Positions 57,904 through 64,000 of a stretch of 64,000 bases of DNA are shown in pieces. How positions within the stretch are numbered: position 1 is the first letter of the stretch; every line of letters starts with the position of its first letter. The stretch covers positions 252,879-316,878 of the forward strand of contig OY781945.1 of the NCBI GenBank assembly GCA_963677435.1. The letters are read 5' to 3'. This DNA is from an uncultured Aliarcobacter sp. (GTDB lineage Bacteria > Campylobacterota > Campylobacteria > Campylobacterales > Arcobacteraceae). The notes under the pieces are model-generated. The model saw only the letters and a program-made list of their open reading frames with translations, was not told where the DNA came from and did not search any database. The translations under genes and the position numbers were made by a program.

Positions 57904-59220
57904 CTACCACTCCTTATTTATGATTTTATTCTTTAAATTTTCAATAATTAATTTAAAGTTTTCATCTTTTTCAATTAACTCATTTGCTTTTTTAATATTG
58001 TGTGAAATTGAACTGTGATCTTTCATTCCTAAGAACTTTGCAATATCTGGCATAGAGTTATGAGTTAATTCTCTTGTAAGATAAATCACAATTCTTCTAG
58101 CATTTGCAACAGTTGCAGTTCTTTTTTTAGATTTTATATCACTTGGCTTAATATTTAACTGATTTGCAACAATATTAATAACATCAGGAAGTTTTATATT
58201 CTCTTTTGTCTCTTTTATTTGATCTTTTAATAAATTTTGAACCATTGGAAGTGTAATTTCTTGATTTAATAAAGATGCACTTGCATTTATTCTAATTAAA
58301 ACACCCTCAATCTCTCTAATTGAGTTATCAAGAGTAGTTGCGATGAAATTAATAATTTCTCTACTTAAAGAAATTCCATTTAAATCAGATTTTTTCTCAA
58401 TAATAGCAATTTTTGTTTCAAGTCCTGGAATTTGAACATCAGCTGTTAATCCCCATTCAAATCTTGATTTTAATCTATCAACAAGTCCAGCTATTTGTGA
58501 AGGAAGTCTATCACTTGTCATTACTATTTGTTTTTTTGCATTATGTAATTCATTAAAAGTGTGGAAAAACTCCTCTTGAGTTTGCTCTTTTCCACTTAAA
58601 AACTGAATATCATCAATTAAAAGCACATCACATTTTCTATATTTATTTCTAAAATGTTCCATACTTTTATTTTTTAAAGAAAAAGTAAAATCATTCATAA
58701 ATTGCTCAATAGTTACATAAATAACTGTACTTCCTTTTTCAATTGCTTGATTTCCAACAGCTTGTAAAAGGTGAGTTTTTCCTAGACCCGTCCCACCATA
58801 AATAAACAGAGGATTATATTGAGTTCCTGGTTTATTTGAAACGGCAAGTGAAGCATTATATGCCATTTGATTAGAAGGTCCTACAACAAATGAATCAAAA
58901 GTATAAGATGGATTAAGTATGGTACTTTCGGCTGTTTCGTTTTGAACTTGCTCTTTTAAAATCTCTTTTTTAGATTTTTTTTCACCTGCAAGTTTGATTT
59001 CTACAGAAGGTTTAGAACCATCATAAATTTCAAAACAATGTTGAATTAAATTTGTAAATTTACTCTTTATCCAAGAGGCAATATATTTATTATTTACTTC
59101 AAAAATAGCGATTTTTTCATCTGAAGATACCTTTTTGTAAACTAACTGTTTTAAGTATCTATCAAAATCTGTTTTTGATGCTTCTTTTTGAATTATTGTT
59201 TGAAAATCTTTGGTTGTCAT
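57904..59220 (-). CDS. dnaA: Chromosomal replication initiator DnaA
   Basis: YNPLFIYGGTGLGKTHL, LLIDDIQF, RLKSRFEWG, IREIEG, KDHSSI. Confidence 0.99.
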   Translation of the reverse strand: MTTKDFQTIIQKEASKTDFDRYLKQLVYKKVSSDEKIAIFEVNNKYIASWIKSKFTNLIQHCFEIYDGSKPSVEIKLAGEKKSKKEILKEQVQNETAESTILNPSYTFDSFVVGPSNQMAYNASLAVSNKPGTQYNPLFIYGGTGLGKTHLLQAVGNQAIEKGSTVIYVTIEQFMNDFTFSLKNKSMEHFRNKYRKCDVLLIDDIQFLSGKEQTQEEFFHTFNELHNAKKQIVMTSDRLPSQIAGLVDRLKSRFEWGLTADVQIPGLETKIAIIEKKSDLNGISLSREIINFIATTLDNSIREIEGVLIRINASASLLNQEITLPMVQNLLKDQIKETKENIKLPDVINIVANQLNIKPSDIKSKKRTATVANARRIVIYLTRELTHNSMPDIAKFLGMKDHSSISHNIKKANELIEKDENFKLIIENLKNKIINKEW

Positions 59221-59447
59221 TTATTTGTAAACTCTTTAATCGTAATTAGTAAATATTATATCAAAATTTTTTATAAAACAGCTTCATTTGTTGCTAAAGG
59301 GCTTAAATTTAGCAAATAAAATAAGTTATACACATAGTGAATAAGTAGTGAATAAAATTTTTCCTTTAAGTGAAAATTTATCAAAAAGATACCATTATAC
59401 GGGCTATAGATCAATGTGAATAGAAATTAAACAGAAAGAGTGAAAAG
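59221..59447. other. oriC1: DnaA-box cluster upstream of dnaA
   Basis: TTATACACA 59326-59334; reverse boxes AGTGAATAA 59336-59344 and 59347-59355, AGTGAAAAT 59369-59377, TGTGAATAG 59415-59423. Confidence 0.75.
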
Positions 59448-59912
59448 TTGAAAATATTAGGAATTGACCCAGGTACTCGAAACTGTGGATATGCTATTGT
59501 AGAAAAGAGTGGAAACAGTGTAAAACTTATTGAAGCTGGATTAATAAAAATCAAAACAAAAATCTTACAAGAGCAAATTGTAGAGATGACAGAGGGCTTT
59601 GATTTGATATTTGCAAAACATGTAATAGATGAAGTTTCAATAGAAGATATGTTTTATGCCTTTAATCCAAAAACAGTAATAAAACTTGCTCAATTTAGAG
59701 GAGCAATATCTTTAAAAATTTTGCAAAAATTTGGCAATTTTGCTGAATATACTCCACTTCAAGTAAAACAAGCAGTAACAGGAAATGGAAAAGCAACAAA
59801 AGAACAAGTAGCATTTATGGTTAAAAGGCTTTTAGGAGTGAAAAAAGAGATTAAACCTCTTGATATTACAGATGCTATTGCAATCGCTTTAACGCACGCT
59901 CAAAGATTGTAA
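59448..59912 (+). CDS. ruvC: Holliday junction resolvase RuvC
   Basis: [40 protein letters not shown]; TTG start. Confidence 0.97.
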   Translation: MKILGIDPGTRNCGYAIVEKSGNSVKLIEAGLIKIKTKILQEQIVEMTEGFDLIFAKHVIDEVSIEDMFYAFNPKTVIKLAQFRGAISLKILQKFGNFAEYTPLQVKQAVTGNGKATKEQVAFMVKRLLGVKKEIKPLDITDAIAIALTHAQRL

Positions 59913-59962
59913 ACTAATTTTAAAATAGATATAATTCAGCCCCAAAAAATTAGGATAAATTA

Positions 59963-60550
59963 ATGATAAAAAAAATCGGAATATTAGCTTCATATAATGG
60001 AAGTGGATTTGAAACTATTCAAAAAGCTATAATTGAAAAAAAATTAAATGCAAAAGTTGTTGTAGTAATTACAAATAATACTAATGCAGGAGTTTTAGAA
60101 AAAGCAGAATCGTATGATATTCCTTATTTTATTATAAATGATAAAAGATATCCAGGACAAAATATAGATGATAAAATTGCTAGACTACTTTTAGAGTTTG
60201 GTTGTGATTATATATTTTTATCTGGATTTATGAAAAAAATAGAATCAAACCTTTTAAGTGCATTTCCAAATAAAATAATAAATACTCATCCAGCACTTTT
60301 ACCATCAATTTATGGCGGAATTGGTATGTATGGAAGATTCGTACATGAAGCTGTTATTAAAAATGGTGAAAAAAAATCAGGCGTTACAATTCATTATGTA
60401 AATGAAGTTTATGATGAGGGTGAAATTATTCTTACAAAAGAGCTTGAACTTACTAATGATGAAACAGTTGATTCTTTAGAAAATAGAATAAAAGAGCTTG
60501 AAAGTATAGCAATTGTTGAGGCATTTGAGAAACTACTAGCTAAAAGCTAG
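59963..60550 (+). CDS. purN: Phosphoribosylglycinamide formyltransferase
   Basis: ASYNGS, LSGFMK, INTHPALLP, GVTIHYV...YDEG. Confidence 0.93.
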   Translation: MIKKIGILASYNGSGFETIQKAIIEKKLNAKVVVVITNNTNAGVLEKAESYDIPYFIINDKRYPGQNIDDKIARLLLEFGCDYIFLSGFMKKIESNLLSAFPNKIINTHPALLPSIYGGIGMYGRFVHEAVIKNGEKKSGVTIHYVNEVYDEGEIILTKELELTNDETVDSLENRIKELESIAIVEAFEKLLAKS

Positions 60551-60561
60551 TAGTCAAATCT

Positions 60562-61017
60562 TTATTTAAAAATAGCTGCTAATTCTTCAGTAGTTTTAAC
60601 ATATTTAATATCTGTGATTTTAGAGTTTTCTAAAGTAATTATAGAAATTTTATCCGCTTCAACTGGAAATAATCCTTTATTTTCTTCATCAACTAAAAGA
60701 ATAGGAAAAGCATAATCTCTCATTTTTGGTAAAGCAAAAAATTTAGAAATTAAACTTGGCATTCCTGTAATATCTGCCACATAATCAATATTATTTGCAC
60801 TTAAATAGTTTTTATCCTTTGTAGATAAAAAATCTTTTATAGTAGCACTTTCAGCTTTTGTAGCTGAGAAAATTATTGTTTTGATATTTTCATCAACTGC
60901 ATGTTCTTTTTCAAATTGATCTTTGATTGTTAATGTTGGAAGAGTTTGTCCAACTGTTAATGAAGCTGCAAATGCACTTAAACCAAAAAAAACTGTAAAT
61001 AGAAATTTTTTTATCAT
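60562..61017 (-). CDS. Exported thioredoxin-like/YtfJ-like hypothetical protein
   Basis: Signal peptide; GQTLP.LTIKDQF; ADITGMP.LI..FFALPKMR. Confidence 0.65.
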   Translation of the reverse strand: MIKKFLFTVFFGLSAFAASLTVGQTLPTLTIKDQFEKEHAVDENIKTIIFSATKAESATIKDFLSTKDKNYLSANNIDYVADITGMPSLISKFFALPKMRDYAFPILLVDEENKGLFPVEADKISIITLENSKITDIKYVKTTEELAAIFK

Positions 61018-61088
61018 TTTTTCTCCTGTATCTTTAAAATTGCCGAATCATACCTGCAAAAAGTAAATGAAAGGTTAAAGAGAAAAAA

Positions 61089-61703
61089 TTATTCCTTTGA
61101 TAAAGTTGGTAAATGCCATTTTTTATAGTATGCAAGAAGTCTCAGAACTACACCGAAAATAAAGACTATTGTAATAGTTGGTAAACTTCTTAAGTGTAAA
61201 ATTTCTAATACAAATATTACAGAAGCGATGATTAATGCAACTGTTGCATAAAATTCTGATACTAAAATAGAAGGAACTCTATTGATTAAAATATCTCTGA
61301 TCGTTCCACCACCAACAGCTGTTAAAAATGCAAGTATTAAAACTCCCAAGAAATTAAAATCATTTTGAATTGCTACGATTGAGCCTGTAATTGAAAAAGA
61401 TACTAAACCAATAGCATCAGAAATTATAAAAGCTGTTTTACCTTCTAAATCATCAATTTTATGTAGTTTAAATAATAACGCTATTAAAACAGTAGCAACA
61501 ACTAAAAAAACAGGAAGATTTGTTGTAAAAACATATGGAGTTCTATCAGCAAGTACATCTCTAATCATTCCACCACCAAGAGCAGTTAAAAATGAAGAGA
61601 TGAAAACACCTAAAATATCAAGTTTATAATGAACAGAAATTAAAAAGCCACTCAGTGCAAAACAAATAATTCCAATAATATCAGCAATTTCTAATGCACT
61701 CAT
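61089..61703 (-). CDS. Trimeric intracellular cation channel family (YadS/UPF0126) protein
   Basis: Twin GI..FA.SG / TALGGG.IRD and DAIGL / TAVGGG.IRD repeats. Confidence 0.9.
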   Translation of the reverse strand: MSALEIADIIGIICFALSGFLISVHYKLDILGVFISSFLTALGGGMIRDVLADRTPYVFTTNLPVFLVVATVLIALLFKLHKIDDLEGKTAFIISDAIGLVSFSITGSIVAIQNDFNFLGVLILAFLTAVGGGTIRDILINRVPSILVSEFYATVALIIASVIFVLEILHLRSLPTITIVFIFGVVLRLLAYYKKWHLPTLSKE

Positions 61704-61769
61704 AATTTTAAATCTCCAAAAAAGAATTGATATAAACTTTGTATAATTTGAGATTATACAAAATTTAGG

Positions 61770-62687
61770 TTAAAAAATTGAAAGTCCTGTTTTTGTAGTG
61801 AATAATTCTAAAGCTTTTGTTCCAATAAGTGAATTTCCTTGTTGATTTAATCTTGGAGAATATACACAAATTGCCATTTTTTTAGGAACAATAGCAACTA
61901 TTCCTCCTCCAACACCACTTTTTCCTGGAAGTCCAACTTTATATGCAAAATCACCTGAAGCATCATAATGACCACATGTAAGCATAAGTGAGTTTATTCT
62001 TTTTGCTTTTGATTCAGTTATGATAGTTTCATTTGTAAGTGGATTTTCACCATGATTTGCTAAAAAAAGCATAGAACAAGCTAGTTGAGCTGGACTCATC
62101 ATAATTGAACATTGTTTAAAATAGGTATTTATTACATCATCTATATTATTATAAATATTTCCATAACTTTTTATCATATTTATAAGGGCATAATTTCTAA
62201 ATCCATGTTCTAATTCTGAATGAAAAATTTCTTCATCATAACTTATTGTTTGGTCATTTGAAACCATTTTTATAAATTCTAAAATTTGATTAAAACTATT
62301 TTCTTTATAAATAGAAATTAAACTATCAGCTGTAACAATCGCACCTGCATTTATAAAAGGATTTCTTGGAATTCCATTTTCATATTCAAGTTGTACTAAA
62401 GAGTTAAATGGATTACCAGATGGTTCATGCCCAACTCTTTTATATAAGTTTTTTCCATAATGATTTAAAGCTAAGGTAAATGTAAAAACTTTTGAGATAC
62501 TTTGAATTGAGAATTTTTTATTTACATCCCCAATACCAAAAGAAGTACCATCAAACATCTGAATAGACATAGAAAATTGGTTTGGGTTTACTTTGGCAAG
62601 TGCAGGTATATAGTCTGCAACATTACCTTCTAAAAATAGAGGTTGAATCTCTTGTTCAATCTCTTCTAATACTTTTTGATAATTCAT
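61770..62687 (-). CDS. glsA: Glutaminase
   Basis: FSIQSISKV (Ser-x-x-Lys), EPSGNPFNS, NPFINAGA, GLPGKSGVGGG. Confidence 0.95.
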   Translation of the reverse strand: MNYQKVLEEIEQEIQPLFLEGNVADYIPALAKVNPNQFSMSIQMFDGTSFGIGDVNKKFSIQSISKVFTFTLALNHYGKNLYKRVGHEPSGNPFNSLVQLEYENGIPRNPFINAGAIVTADSLISIYKENSFNQILEFIKMVSNDQTISYDEEIFHSELEHGFRNYALINMIKSYGNIYNNIDDVINTYFKQCSIMMSPAQLACSMLFLANHGENPLTNETIITESKAKRINSLMLTCGHYDASGDFAYKVGLPGKSGVGGGIVAIVPKKMAICVYSPRLNQQGNSLIGTKALELFTTKTGLSIF

Positions 62688-63526
62688 TAATTTCCTAATA
62701 ATTCCTTCATCGCTTCGGCTGTTTTTCTAATCTCCCATTGAGCATGAGAATCAAGTCTTAGTTTGAAGTAGTTTTCTAATTGAGTTGGTTGAAAACCTCC
62801 CCATATTTGAGAATATCCTGCTTGTGGTATTATTCTTCTAGCTTCTTGTGGTTTTACACCATCTTCTAAAGCTTTGTAATAATGTTCTAAGCAAATATCT
62901 AATATTTTTTGAGTATCACCAGCTTCACTAGTTACATCTTTCATTTTTTCACTTACATAAAAATCAAAAGGTACTCTTTTCCCACTAACATATCTTCTTG
63001 AAAGTTCTTGCCAGTTTACTCTATGTCTTACCATTTGAGATCTTGTTGGAAAGTCTACTTTAAATAAAAATACTTTGAAATATTCTTCAACAATTTTACA
63101 CTCTTCAAGTGTGTTATAAGTGGTTCTAATATCAAAGCTATATTCCTTTGGATTATTCTCAAAATCATAAACTAAAGCTCTATAATTTGTAAGAAGATAT
63201 TTGCCATCACAAATTAATTCTCCAAACTTTTTTGTATTTGAAAATTCAAGAGCTAAAATCTCTTTATGTTTTTCATTTGTAAAATCAAGTAAAACAGGTA
63301 CAAATTCAAAAGATGAAGATGGTAGACCTTGTGATTCTGCCATAAGTCTGTTATATAAACTTTCACTTCCTAAGGCTTTTGGTGATTGATAACAAATTGA
63401 AGCAACTTGAGTGATAGCTAAGATTCTATTCTCTTCATTTAAATTGGCTTTTGAAAAGTCCCAATTCTCTACAAAAGCGATATCATCACCAAATATATTC
63501 TCTTTTTTGTTAATCATGTTTATCAT
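62687..63526 (-). CDS. thyX: Flavin-dependent thymidylate synthase ThyX
   Basis: RHRVNWQELSRRY (RHR-x7-S-x-R), EARRIIP, LR...HAQWEIR. Confidence 0.9.
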   Translation of the reverse strand: MINMINKKENIFGDDIAFVENWDFSKANLNEENRILAITQVASICYQSPKALGSESLYNRLMAESQGLPSSSFEFVPVLLDFTNEKHKEILALEFSNTKKFGELICDGKYLLTNYRALVYDFENNPKEYSFDIRTTYNTLEECKIVEEYFKVFLFKVDFPTRSQMVRHRVNWQELSRRYVSGKRVPFDFYVSEKMKDVTSEAGDTQKILDICLEHYYKALEDGVKPQEARRIIPQAGYSQIWGGFQPTQLENYFKLRLDSHAQWEIRKTAEAMKELLGN

Positions 63527-63604
63527 TTTTTAGCACCTTATTGTATAATTAAATCAGATTATACAAAAAACTACATACATAGATAATTAATTTCAAGGAT
63601 ACAC

Positions 63605-64000
63605 ATGAGTATAAAAAAAATTGTTAAATTTAGTTTCGTGATAATTCTATTTATAATTACAGTGATTGGAATTATAAACACAGTGATAATTTATCAAATA
63701 AAAGAGAATAATTTAACTGAACAATTAATTAGCAATTTAGTTTTGATGCAAGAAAGAATGAATGAATTATTAAAAGATACAATAACTTTAGACTCTATTG
63801 TTAAGTTAGATAAGGCAAAAGATGATTTTGTTAAATATGAATTAGAATTTGAAAAAATTGAAAATTCATTTAAAGAACAAGATAAAAATAATATAGTAGA
63901 TTACATAATAAATGATATAAATAAAGATGAAGTTGTATCTAAAAAATTAACTCTTTTATTTGAAAGTGAACAAGATATTGAAAAAGCATTTGATACAATT
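63605..64000 (+). CDS. Membrane-anchored sensor-type protein, N-terminal part (3'-truncated; absent from the ORF track)
   Basis: AAGGA RBS then MSIKKIVKFSFVIILFIITVIGII... with one TM helix and a helical extracytoplasmic segment; open to the window end. Confidence 0.65.
   Translation, partial: MSIKKIVKFSFVIILFIITVIGIINTVIIYQIKENNLTEQLISNLVLMQERMNELLKDTITLDSIVKLDKAKDDFVKYELEFEKIENSFKEQDKNNIVDYIINDINKDEVVSKKLTLLFESEQDIEKAFDTI

Noticed and set aside
60532-60554. ACTACTAGCT-AAA-AGCTAGTAGT hairpin overlapping the purN stop
   Set aside because: Adequately explained as an ordinary 3' end structure between convergent housekeeping genes.

Overview
AT-rich chromosomal window from a Campylobacterota (epsilonproteobacterial) diazotroph. 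Gene style, the NifH insertion and the ruvC-dnaA-dnaN-gyrB order point to Arcobacteraceae; the species cannot be determined from sequence alone. Positions ~658-50530 are a ~50 kb Mo-nitrogenase cluster: nifQ, nifV, nifB, nifE, nifN (split from nifE), nifX, nifW, nifZ, nifH-orf-nifD-nifK, nifT, nifA, its own rpoN, flavodoxin/ferredoxins, modE-modABCD, an FprA flavodiiron protein, a SIR2-like gene plus a second clpX, and many uncharacterised accessory genes. Several non-nif inserts interrupt it: a TA module, adh/AraC, PAS/MCP chemoreceptors, a kinase, ppk2 and a rhodanese/EAL pair. Eleven sigma54 (-24/-12) promoters with a local GGAAY-N7-TGCA consensus were found by eye, including two back-to-back divergent pairs. 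The cluster is followed by the SRP RNA gene and the replication-origin region (gyrB, dnaN, oriC2 with DnaA box, DnaA-trios and AT-rich tract, dnaA, oriC1, ruvC), then housekeeping genes. The most intriguing signals are: (i) a Shethna/FeSII-like protein that has lost three of four [2Fe-2S] ligands, next to an intact ferredoxin; (ii) an unknown 119-aa gene inside nifH-nifD together with a 12-aa NifH insertion; (iii) three Tpx-fold proteins lacking the peroxidatic Cys; (iv) a HicB-like/Sel1/NfuA fusion; (v) back-to-back sigma54 promoters with no evident NifA enhancer. All family assignments rest on motif recognition by eye; no searches were run.
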